Part shown: positions 52,064 to 60,446 of the stretch, piece by piece
How the letters are laid out: each line of letters starts with the position of its first letter
Numbering within the stretch: the stretch's first letter is position 1
Origin: an uncultured Clostridia bacterium
GTDB taxonomy: Bacteria > Bacillota > Clostridia > Christensenellales > DTU072
Assembly: GCA_944349655.1 (NCBI GenBank)
Contig: CALVNL010000005.1
Coordinates: 1-60,446, forward strand
Reading direction: 5' to 3'
Length of the DNA: 60,446 nt
Program-made: the position numbers and the translations under genes
The notes under the pieces: model-generated
The model's input: only the letters and a program-made list of their open reading frames with translations
The model's database searches: none
Told to the model about the DNA's origin: nothing

Positions 52064-52957
52064 TTATATCCTATCCTCTGCCTTCAACAAAAAGGCTTTT
52101 GTTTTTTCGCTTTTCGGGTTCCCGAACACCTCTTCGGGGGTACCCTCTTCTTCAATAACGCCGTCCGCCATAAATATAACCTTATCGGCTACGGAACGGG
52201 CGAAGTCCATTTCGTGCGTTACCACTATCATCGTCCTCGACGAGCTTTTCAGCCCTCTTATAACTTTCAGAACTTCCCCGGTAAGTTCGGGGTCGAGAGC
52301 GCTTGTGGGTTCGTCGAAACAAAGAACGTCCGGTTCGAGCGCCAATGCCCTGGCTATAGCCACTCTCTGGCTCTGCCCTCCGCTCAACTGACACGGGTAA
52401 GCCGTCGCTTTATCCGACAGACCGACGCCTGCCAGAAGTTCTTCGGCTTGTGAGGACAATTTTTCCGCAAAGTATTTTTCCTCGGAAAGTAACTTGTTTT
52501 TTTCCTCTTTCAGCAAGTTATAGAAGTTTTTCTTACTTCCGCGAAGAGGATAAAAAACTACGTTCAGTTTCTTTTTCCTCAAATCTTTTTTAGCCGCAGA
52601 CACGACTTTTTTCCGAAGGAGTTTCGGAGCGAGCATAATGTTCTGTTTTACGTTATACTGCGGAAAAAGATTAAAATTCTGAAAAACCAAGCCGAAATGC
52701 AATCTTTTTTTTCTTAACTCGGAATCGTTGGCTTTTACGTGGCGTACCGCGTCGTAAATCAATTCGCCGTCGAGGTAAAAACTCCCTTCGGAGGGAATTT
52801 CCAGCATATTCAGACACCTCAAAAGAGTGGTCTTACCGCTGCCGGAGGAGCCGATTATTGCCAGTACTTCGCCTTTCTGCAAAGAGAAATCTATCCCCTT
52901 CAGAACCTGCAAAGAACCGTAATTTTTCTTAATACCTTTAACTTCCAGAAAAGCCAT
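52064..52957 (-). CDS. polar amino-acid ABC transporter ATP-binding subunit
   Basis: [44 protein letters not shown] and VTHEM. Confidence 0.95.
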   Translation of the reverse strand: MAFLEVKGIKKNYGSLQVLKGIDFSLQKGEVLAIIGSSGSGKTTLLRCLNMLEIPSEGSFYLDGELIYDAVRHVKANDSELRKKRLHFGLVFQNFNLFPQYNVKQNIMLAPKLLRKKVVSAAKKDLRKKKLNVVFYPLRGSKKNFYNLLKEEKNKLLSEEKYFAEKLSSQAEELLAGVGLSDKATAYPCQLSGGQSQRVAIARALALEPDVLCFDEPTSALDPELTGEVLKVIRGLKSSSRTMIVVTHEMDFARSVADKVIFMADGVIEEEGTPEEVFGNPKSEKTKAFLLKAEDRI

Positions 52958-52960
52958 AAA

Positions 52961-53608
52961 TTAACCTTTGTAAAAATCCATTTTCTTTTCCACCCAACTC
53001 AGCAACACGCTTAAAAGTCCGTTGAAAACCAGATAGAAAGCCCCGGCATAGAACAACGGCCAGACGATACCGTACACGTTGACTATGTCCTGAGAAAGTC
53101 TTGTCAGTTCCTCCACCGCAATTATTCTTGCAAGAGAGGTATCCTTGACTAAGGTTATGATTTCGTTACTCATAGGCGGAATTATCCGCTTTATGACCTG
53201 AAACAAAACTATCTTGAAAAAGATCTGAGTTTTGGTAAGTCCTAAAACTTGTCCCGCTTCGTACTGCCCTTTGGAAATACTTTCTATCCCGCCGCGATAA
53301 ATTTCCGAAAAATAACAAGCGTAATTTATTACGAACGCTATCAATACCGCGAGCATTCTGGAACTCATCGGAAGGTCGAAAACCAGTCCCGGGACATAAA
53401 ACACGGCGATAACCTGCAACATAAGAGGAGTGCCTCTTATCACCCAGACGAAAGCCTTGGTGACGTACTTCAACGGCAGGAATCTGCTCATAGACCCGAA
53501 GGCGATGATAAGCCCCAAAGGCAGGGCGAGTACCAGCGTCAGAATGAACAGCTGGCACGTCACCGCAAATCCTTTTAACAGTTCAAGCGTTACTTCTGCA
53601 AAACTCAT
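52961..53608 (-). CDS. polar amino-acid ABC transporter permease
   Basis: RGTPLMLQ, SEIYRGGIESISKGQYEA and LVKDTSL. Confidence 0.95.
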   Translation of the reverse strand: MSFAEVTLELLKGFAVTCQLFILTLVLALPLGLIIAFGSMSRFLPLKYVTKAFVWVIRGTPLMLQVIAVFYVPGLVFDLPMSSRMLAVLIAFVINYACYFSEIYRGGIESISKGQYEAGQVLGLTKTQIFFKIVLFQVIKRIIPPMSNEIITLVKDTSLARIIAVEELTRLSQDIVNVYGIVWPLFYAGAFYLVFNGLLSVLLSWVEKKMDFYKG

Positions 53609-54447
53609 TATTTACTCTTGACTATGCAGCCTTCTCCTGCGGAACCGCTTTCGGCTACCAGCACCGCGTCGCTCCAGGTGGAGGTGTCGGAGGTGTATTT
53701 ATCGGCGTCTTCGCTTCTGATTATGGCAACCTGTTTGTTTTTCATATAAGGGATACTGATTTCCATAGCCGCAAGACGTTCGTCGGTAATGGTCATACCG
53801 TTCCAGATAAGGTCGATGGTCTTGGCTTCGAGTTCAACTTCTTTGGTTTCCCAGTCGATAAGCTGGAATTCCACTTCGAGTCCGAGGTCGGCAAAAACTT
53901 TCTTGGCGAGGTCGATGTCGAAACCGACGAGTTGTTCGTTGACTTTGTAAGCTATGGGCGCAAACAGAGTATATCCTACGATAACCTTACCCTTGTTGAT
54001 TATATATTGATAGTCGCTTTCGGTGGTGTCTACGGTAATTTCCTGCGTAACGTCCACGCAGATCTCGTTCTGCAATCCGTAAGCTGCCGCTATATCGTCC
54101 ATCATTCCGTTCTCGGTCAGAGCAATCAGTTGCTGATTGATGGCGTTTATTATCTGGCTTCCTTTTCTGCCTGCGATACCGTAATTTTCGTCGGCAAGCG
54201 TCAATCCTTCCACCAACGTAAGTTTATCGGCATATTCGCTGTTCTTGAGATAATACCCTGCCATAACCGAGTCCATAACGCCTATGTCGGCGGTTTTGGA
54301 ATTCAGTTCTGTAAGTATGTCTATCTGCGCCTTGGCAGGAACGTATTTTTTCCCGAAATTGAGTTCTTCTCCGCTGCAAGAAGCCAGCAAAACCACGCTT
54401 ACTACGCACAGCACTAAAGCGATAACGGTAACGATTGTCTTTTTCAT
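53608..54447 (-). CDS. amino-acid ABC substrate-binding lipoprotein (family 3, circularly permuted)
   Basis: Lipobox LASC; GFDIDLA, IDW, IWNGMTITDER and ENYGIAGRKG motifs, present in permuted order. Confidence 0.9.
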   Translation of the reverse strand: MKKTIVTVIALVLCVVSVVLLASCSGEELNFGKKYVPAKAQIDILTELNSKTADIGVMDSVMAGYYLKNSEYADKLTLVEGLTLADENYGIAGRKGSQIINAINQQLIALTENGMMDDIAAAYGLQNEICVDVTQEITVDTTESDYQYIINKGKVIVGYTLFAPIAYKVNEQLVGFDIDLAKKVFADLGLEVEFQLIDWETKEVELEAKTIDLIWNGMTITDERLAAMEISIPYMKNKQVAIIRSEDADKYTSDTSTWSDAVLVAESGSAGEGCIVKSK

Positions 54448-54499
54448 TTTTTACAAATCTCCCTGTTTGATTTTTTCCCAACGAGTAGGAAACGTTCTT

Positions 54500-54528
54500 A
54501 TTATACTTTAGCAAACTAAAGTTGTAAA
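54500..54528 (-). promoter_or_regulatory. sigma-A promoter with overlapping HisR/TrpR-type operator
   Basis: TTTACA (54528-54523), 17 bp, TATAAT (54505-54500); palindrome ACTTTAG-CAAA-CTAAAGT at 54505-54522. Confidence 0.75.
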
Positions 54529-54546
54529 GCGTTTTAACTCTGTTTG

Positions 54547-54580
54547 CAAAAAAAAGAACGGCAAATTGCCGTTCTTTTTT
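54547..54580 (-). terminator. intrinsic terminator after the LRR gene
   Basis: AAAAAAGAACGGCA-aat-TGCCGTTCTTTTTT. Confidence 0.8.
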
Positions 54581-54593
54581 CAAATGCTTTTTC

Positions 54594-57500
54594 TCAGCCG
54601 TGCGACGGAGCGTCGGTTATGAGTTTGTAGTTACCTTGCGGGAAGATTATCTTATGGGTATCGAGTTCGGTGTCGGGTACGTAGATAGTCATAAAGGGTA
54701 TGGCTTTTGCGTCGTACGCGGCGGTGGGCAGACTTCTGTAATAGAAGGTATAGTCGTCGGTCTGAGAAGTGGAATCGCTTATACCCACGCTCGGAATAAT
54801 AACGGTACGGAGAGAAGTGCATTGAGCAAACAGTCCGTTACTTATCTGTTTCAGTCCTGTGGGCAGTTTCACCCATTCCAGAGCGGTACAACCTTGGAAG
54901 GAACCGTCGTAAAGGACGTTACTTCTGTCGGTTTCGTCGCCGTCCTCTATTTCGTAAGCGTATTTATAGTAACGCAGGCGTTCTTCTCTGCCGTTTACCG
55001 GAGGATTGGTTATGGCGGCGTCCCCTAAGTCCACCCAACGCAGAGCTTTACACTGCATAAAGGCGTTCATACCGATGACTTTAAGACTGGTTCCCGCTTC
55101 GAAACTCGTTATTTTCGTTCCGAAGAAAGCAAAGTCGCCGACGTACGTTAAGGTGTTCTTGTCCTCGAACTTGATCGTTTCGAGGTTGACGCAACCGTTC
55201 AGAGCGTCGTGTTCGAGACGGGTTATGTTGGACGGTATCGTAAGTTCCACCACGCTTGTGGGCAGCGCGTACATGGCAAGTTCGGTTATCGGATACTGCA
55301 ACCCTTCTATGGAGGACGGGAGAGTTATGTTCTTACTGCGGTAAGACCAGTAAACTATACTGTATGCCACCGGCTTTTTGGTGGAAACGTCGTAAATTTC
55401 CTGCAAAGCTATCTGCACTTCTGCGTCTTCGTTCGGCAAGGCGGTGGGATTGACGTAAGTTTTGATAAGGTCTATGTTGTGGACGAATATAACGTTATTG
55501 TAGATATTCCGTCCGGTGGACTGTTCCTTTCCGTCCACCACGATATACATTTCCTTTCCGTTCAGCAACGATTCCTTGAACCTCTCCATAACGGTATTCT
55601 TGCAGAAGACGCGGGTGGGAAGCGAATAACTCGACTTGTTCCCGGTGTTGAGTTCGCCGTCGGAACCTGTTCCGCTGTCCGAACTTCCCGTTTCGAAAGT
55701 TCCGTACATCAAATCGGAATAATAATGCTGCGGCAATACTTCGTCCTTGTTTTCGTCTTTATGGAAGCCCATCGGAACGAGCGAAGGATCGTTTATGTTC
55801 GGGAATTCGATACTTTTGAGTCTGTCGCAACCCGAGAAAGGACCGTTGCCGTACTTTCTGAACACGTCGGAAACGATAATCGCTCTGTCTATACCCGACA
55901 TATTTCCGAAACATTCGCTGTGCAGCACTTCCAGTTTGCTTCCTTCCTTGAAGGTCAGCGAACTTATCGCGGTACAGTTGTAAAAAGCTTTCTTGCCTAT
56001 ATCGATAACCGAAGCGGGTATTTCCAGGAAAGGCAATTTAGTCTGATAATTGAAAGACTCTTTGCCTATATATTGTATTCCTTCGCTTAAAGTCAGTCTT
56101 TCCACTCCCGCCACGGTGTATTGTCCTGCGTCGAAAGCCTTGTCGGGAATAATATTGAGGGCGTCGCTCTCCCCGTCGTTGGACAAAAACCTCACTTCGG
56201 TAAGTTTTTTACAGTTCCCGAATATATTGGCTCCGATACGGTTGACTTCGGCGTTTATCTCCTTCCAGCCGGAGTTTTTCTCCATCTCCAGTCCTTCTTC
56301 GCTGGTTATCTGACTTTCGAAATTACACCCCGGTTCGAATACCACCGTGGAAAATCCCGTTTCGAAAAAGCACCCTACCCCTATGAAAGTATATTGCGGA
56401 TAAATGTGCAACACGCTTTCGTTGATACCGTTATTGTTGGTGTTCGACCAACCGCTGTAACGGAACGCCCAGTTGCCGAGATACTGCACTTGCGACGGCA
56501 AGGTAAAGGAACTGGTTATTCCCATCATCTTGGTATCCTGAAAAGCGAAATCCCCGATGTATTTCAGTACGCTTCCCGTGTTGAAAGTCACTTTTGTAAG
56601 TTTGTTACAGTTGTCGAAAGCTCCGTATTCGATGCGTTCCACATATTTACCTATGGTGAGTTCGGTAATGTTGTTGACGTCCATGAACGCTTGCTTTCCT
56701 ATCGCCACCACGGGGTATTCCGAAGCTGTGACCGAAACCCTTCCGCTCTCGCTTACGGTGACCTGCTCGTCCACTATGGTATCCCCTATGTTCATATAGG
56801 GATATTGCCCTCGGGAGTTGTCTTTGGTAATTATCACCCCGCTGGTAAACGTCTTGGTCCCCGATACGAGTTTAGGCACCCCGTTGGAATTGACGTAACC
56901 CGTGTAAGAGTGTTCTATCGGCGTTTCCAGCTCCACTATTTCATATTCAAACAGTCTGGTATAATAAGCATAAAGCGTAATATCGGTCCAGAAATAATAC
57001 TTGTCGGTAGCGGATACGGCTATTCCTTGTCCGTTAGGTTCGGTAAACCAACCTTCGAACACCCAGCCGCCTTCCTTGGTAGGAAGTCCCGTAGGATTGG
57101 CATAATCCTTATCGAATACGCTTACCGTACTCATTTCCGCGCCGAAATCCACCGTGGTAGGCTGGCTCACGTCGTCTATGGCTTTCTGACTGGTGCTTCT
57201 TCTGTCGGCGTTCTGATAATTGAGCGTAAGTTTGTATTCGGGAGCCACCACGATTTTATACTCTGTCTGCATTCCCTCGTCGAATACTATCTTTTTAGTC
57301 TCCGAACCCGTGTTGTAGAAAATGTTTTTCAAGGTATAAACCACCTCGGTTTCCTCATCAGCCTCGGGCGCGGTAAAAAGAATTTTCGTATTGGTTTTTC
57401 CCGAACCTTCCTCGAATTTCGAAGGCATTATTTTGTCTGCGTTTACGGTTACGTAACTGATGGCATAGTTTTTCGGGTTGTTGTAGGTTATGGAAATTAT

Positions 57501-57740
57501 GAAATCGCCTCCGCTTTCTATTCCCATATCGTACCCTTTCCCGGTGTTGTAAAGATATTCCTGACTTTCGGTATAATCGGCAATATCTTTGAGTAGCTCC
57601 ACGCTTTCCACCGTAACGGGAACGATGGTTTCGCTCTTACCTAAAATTTTATTGATAAAACTACACGAAACCGCCGTCGCCGCCATAAAGCAAACGAGTA
57701 AGACCGCCAAAATAAGCAATAAGATTTTTTTGTTTTTCAT
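54594..57740 (-). CDS. BspA-type leucine-rich-repeat (LRR_5) surface lipoprotein with an InlB-B/Flg_new-like domain
   Basis: Lipobox AVSC; many IGxxAFxxCxxL repeats; GWVFEGWFTE...DITLYAYY. Confidence 0.85.
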   Translation of the reverse strand: MKNKKILLLILAVLLVCFMAATAVSCSFINKILGKSETIVPVTVESVELLKDIADYTESQEYLYNTGKGYDMGIESGGDFIISITYNNPKNYAISYVTVNADKIMPSKFEEGSGKTNTKILFTAPEADEETEVVYTLKNIFYNTGSETKKIVFDEGMQTEYKIVVAPEYKLTLNYQNADRRSTSQKAIDDVSQPTTVDFGAEMSTVSVFDKDYANPTGLPTKEGGWVFEGWFTEPNGQGIAVSATDKYYFWTDITLYAYYTRLFEYEIVELETPIEHSYTGYVNSNGVPKLVSGTKTFTSGVIITKDNSRGQYPYMNIGDTIVDEQVTVSESGRVSVTASEYPVVAIGKQAFMDVNNITELTIGKYVERIEYGAFDNCNKLTKVTFNTGSVLKYIGDFAFQDTKMMGITSSFTLPSQVQYLGNWAFRYSGWSNTNNNGINESVLHIYPQYTFIGVGCFFETGFSTVVFEPGCNFESQITSEEGLEMEKNSGWKEINAEVNRIGANIFGNCKKLTEVRFLSNDGESDALNIIPDKAFDAGQYTVAGVERLTLSEGIQYIGKESFNYQTKLPFLEIPASVIDIGKKAFYNCTAISSLTFKEGSKLEVLHSECFGNMSGIDRAIIVSDVFRKYGNGPFSGCDRLKSIEFPNINDPSLVPMGFHKDENKDEVLPQHYYSDLMYGTFETGSSDSGTGSDGELNTGNKSSYSLPTRVFCKNTVMERFKESLLNGKEMYIVVDGKEQSTGRNIYNNVIFVHNIDLIKTYVNPTALPNEDAEVQIALQEIYDVSTKKPVAYSIVYWSYRSKNITLPSSIEGLQYPITELAMYALPTSVVELTIPSNITRLEHDALNGCVNLETIKFEDKNTLTYVGDFAFFGTKITSFEAGTSLKVIGMNAFMQCKALRWVDLGDAAITNPPVNGREERLRYYKYAYEIEDGDETDRSNVLYDGSFQGCTALEWVKLPTGLKQISNGLFAQCTSLRTVIIPSVGISDSTSQTDDYTFYYRSLPTAAYDAKAIPFMTIYVPDTELDTHKIIFPQGNYKLITDAPSHG

Positions 57741-57755
57741 TACCGACTCCTACCT

Positions 57756-60446
57756 TTAACCGTACTTCTTTTTCCAGACGATAACAATTACCGTCACTAT
57801 AGCCGCCACGCCCAGGACGCAGCCTCCCACAATATAATAAATTTTATAATCTTTCGGATCTTCAGTTATATTCTCCTGAACGCTGACTTTGAAAATCTGC
57901 GTATAAACCGTAACGCTTATGTTCTTGGTTTTGACGACTACGGTAATTTCCCCTTCGTTGCCGTTCAATATGAATTCGTCATAATATAATCCGTTCACGT
58001 AAAGGGAGTAATCGGAGGCGTATTCTTCTTTCAAAGACAACCGCCCTCCCTCCGGCGAAACCTTAATCGTATCGTTTTCTATTATAATATTATCGGGCTT
58101 GAAACTGTCAACCCCTATTATTATTTCCTGGGGATTTTCCAAATCGACGTATGTTATTTCGAACAAGCAACCGAATGCCTTTTGTCCCTCGAAATACACT
58201 TCGACGTTCACTTCGCCCGCCGAATTGAATTCCACGTACTCTACTTCGTATCCTTCTCTGCGGAGGGATAATCCCTTCAAAACGGGTTTAAGGCTCATTC
58301 TTACCGTGCCGGTAATTTCCGCTTTGCCCAACACATCGTTATCGGTAAAAGTGATTTTCGACGGATCGTCGAACACGAAAACCGACATATCCACTCTTGC
58401 CGAGGTCACGGTAAGAGTGCAGGCGGTTTCCTTGACGTTCAAGGTATCGTCGGGAATAAATATGCAGGCATATTCCTGCCGTCCTTCCCTGAGCGTTTCG
58501 GCGTTGACGAAAGCAAAACTTCCCGTAACGAGCATATCGCCCACTTTGGCTTCCCCCGTTATCATATCGTCGGTCATAGCGACGTTTTCAAGATAAATCA
58601 TTTCCTTCGGAAGAAGCGTGATGACAGGCGTAGCCGACACGATGGTAAGACGACAGGTGGAAGTAAGCTGTCTGCCCGTAGGATAAGTAACCGTCGCTCC
58701 GACGGTATAAGTCCCTGCGTCCCTGTGCCTGTTATTGGAGTAAACCACGGTAATTTCCGACGGAACCGACGGAATGGTAACTTCATAATAATTTCCGCTG
58801 TAAATTTGATAAACGTCGGTCAAAACGTAATCGGGATAGGTATTGGCTACGACGGTAAGGATCCCGTTGCGGATTACGGTCGCTTCGTAATCGTCAAAAG
58901 TCGCCTGCATCGAAATATCGAATTTCGCACCCGTAGGAGCGGTGGGAGTATAAGCGCAAATCGTCCTTACCGAAGCCCCGGACAAATCGCTCAGAGTTTT
59001 ACCGACGTCCTGTCCGACCAGTCCTTTTACCGTATAGGTAGCGGAATAAAAACTCTCCCCTCTCATTATATCCACGTCGGCTATACTTATCTGCAACCCG
59101 ACTTTAGTAACCCTTACCGTGAACTTTGCCGAAGAAGACAGAACGTAATTTGCGCTGTTTTTCAAGGAAAGAAGCAAAATATACTCTCCTGCGTGCAAAA
59201 TATCTCCGCTTCCGCTTACCGACACAGACAATTCGAGATTTTCGCTTTTTTCCTCGTATGCGGTATTCCCCACCACGTAAGTGAAACGGTAAGTCTGCGA
59301 ATAACCTTTATATTCGGTTTCGTAAGAATTGCTCATCCAGTCCTTGCCGTCCAATTTCCAGACCACGGTAAGAGTTCTCGGAGTTATTCTGACCTCGTTT
59401 GTGCCGCCTTCCTCGAAATAATAACGATAATTGGTTGGATGAACTAAATTTTCGTCGGTAAGAGTATAAACTCCTGCCGCATAATCCGGAATGTTCACCG
59501 TCAAAGAAAGTTGCAATTCCGTCCCTTCGGGGGTATATAAAGTACGGGTTATCGCCGTTTTCTGCACGTTATAAGTCACTCCGTCCACGGTGACGTAACC
59601 GCTCGTGCCGTATTCGAAAGACACGCTTCCCCAGACTACCGCCACAGGCAATTTGGTTATTTCGAAACTGAAATCGCTCTTTTCGAAAACGTAATCGGGA
59701 TTGAGGCTGGTTACGGTGAAATTATAACTTCCGACCACGGAAGGAGCGTCTACGACTCTGTCGCCTATGCGGAAAACGTAAGAATAATCGCTCGGAGCGA
59801 GTTCGTCGTTGAATACGCCCGAAACACTCGTCGGAACGGGCGACGCCGCATTCCCCGAATAAACGTAAGAAGCGGGATAAGTAAGTGTGACGACTGCAGG
59901 AGAAATTATCAGCTTAGCTTCAGCAAAACAGGCAAGTTCGTTTTCGGTCTCGGCGACGGAGATCCTTAAGGTGTATTCCCCCGCGTGTATGGCTTCGGAC
60001 TCCAGTCCGTTTTTCAGACAGCTGAAAACCACTTCCGTCCCTTCGTAAAGATTGCCCGTGTAAGCAAAATTATCGATATCGGCATAGTTATCCGAAATAT
60101 AACTTACCGTAAAAGTCTGTTGCGTAAAGGAAAGATTTCTCGTCCTTTTGTGGACCGTAACGGCGCAAATATACTCGGTAGGCAGGTAATTTTTGTAATA
60201 TTCTCCGTCTTCACTCGGCGTAACGATAGCCGTTATCGTAAAGTTCCCCGCCGAAGTTATCCCTTCGACCGCCGCCCCGTCTTTTTTGTAAACGTAAGTT
60301 ACGTCCACCCCCGAAGTAAAGTACGTTATCGTCCTTACTATATCGAGGTTTTGAACGTATTCCGTCGTAAGATCGGCAAAATCTTTATTTTCGCTGTTGT
60401 TGTTTTCGTAAAGAATTGTCAAATACGCTTTGTTTACGAGATAAAC
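57756..60446 (-). CDS. large surface protein with tandem MBG/Ig-like domains and a C-terminal membrane anchor (5' end outside the window)
   Basis: Frame is open to the window edge; repeated xAGxYxxxxx...NY...I(T/S)(K/P) units; C-terminal TM followed by KKKYG. Confidence 0.75.
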   Translation of the reverse strand, partial: VYLVNKAYLTILYENNNSENKDFADLTTEYVQNLDIVRTITYFTSGVDVTYVYKKDGAAVEGITSAGNFTITAIVTPSEDGEYYKNYLPTEYICAVTVHKRTRNLSFTQQTFTVSYISDNYADIDNFAYTGNLYEGTEVVFSCLKNGLESEAIHAGEYTLRISVAETENELACFAEAKLIISPAVVTLTYPASYVYSGNAASPVPTSVSGVFNDELAPSDYSYVFRIGDRVVDAPSVVGSYNFTVTSLNPDYVFEKSDFSFEITKLPVAVVWGSVSFEYGTSGYVTVDGVTYNVQKTAITRTLYTPEGTELQLSLTVNIPDYAAGVYTLTDENLVHPTNYRYYFEEGGTNEVRITPRTLTVVWKLDGKDWMSNSYETEYKGYSQTYRFTYVVGNTAYEEKSENLELSVSVSGSGDILHAGEYILLLSLKNSANYVLSSSAKFTVRVTKVGLQISIADVDIMRGESFYSATYTVKGLVGQDVGKTLSDLSGASVRTICAYTPTAPTGAKFDISMQATFDDYEATVIRNGILTVVANTYPDYVLTDVYQIYSGNYYEVTIPSVPSEITVVYSNNRHRDAGTYTVGATVTYPTGRQLTSTCRLTIVSATPVITLLPKEMIYLENVAMTDDMITGEAKVGDMLVTGSFAFVNAETLREGRQEYACIFIPDDTLNVKETACTLTVTSARVDMSVFVFDDPSKITFTDNDVLGKAEITGTVRMSLKPVLKGLSLRREGYEVEYVEFNSAGEVNVEVYFEGQKAFGCLFEITYVDLENPQEIIIGVDSFKPDNIIIENDTIKVSPEGGRLSLKEEYASDYSLYVNGLYYDEFILNGNEGEITVVVKTKNISVTVYTQIFKVSVQENITEDPKDYKIYYIVGGCVLGVAAIVTVIVIVWKKKYG

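Noticed and set aside
56121-57596. 491-aa plus-strand ORF (likewise 49408-50646, 22396-23322 and 40931-41764)
   Set aside because: Antisense to well-supported genes; such open frames are expected from this genome's codon bias.

Overview
Core-chromosome segment of a spore-forming Clostridia-like (Bacillota) bacterium. I saw no mobile elements, CRISPR arrays or tRNAs. Most genes are on the minus strand. In window order it holds: a probable rRNA-operon promoter/leader running off the left edge; ftsY and smc; a polysaccharide deacetylase; glyQS; cysK; a large lipoprotein; a Crp/Fnr regulator; an AEC transporter; a DUF1858 protein; spoIIQ-like and ylbJ genes; an rsmD-coaD fusion; an aconitase-family hydratase; an F-type ATP synthase operon; rluA; a stand-alone condensation-domain enzyme; a complete V/A-type Na+-ATPase operon; upp, rpiB and sua5; a WG-repeat lipoprotein; a 1939-aa RND transporter with a partner lipoprotein; a double metallophosphoesterase; a 6S RNA; a HisR(YerC)-linked amino-acid ABC importer; and two large surface proteins. 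The most unusual items are: (1) an F-ATPase with no separate delta gene, where the delta C-terminal domain is fused to alpha; (2) a giant RND pump carrying about 900 extra residues, including three copies of an unrecognised ~110-aa repeat, co-transcribed with a possible LolA/LppX-like lipoprotein; (3) a circularly permuted ABC substrate-binding lipoprotein; (4) the RsmD-CoaD fusion; (5) NrdR-box-like 31-bp periodic elements upstream of the putative rrn promoter. All calls come from reading motifs by eye; no searches were run.
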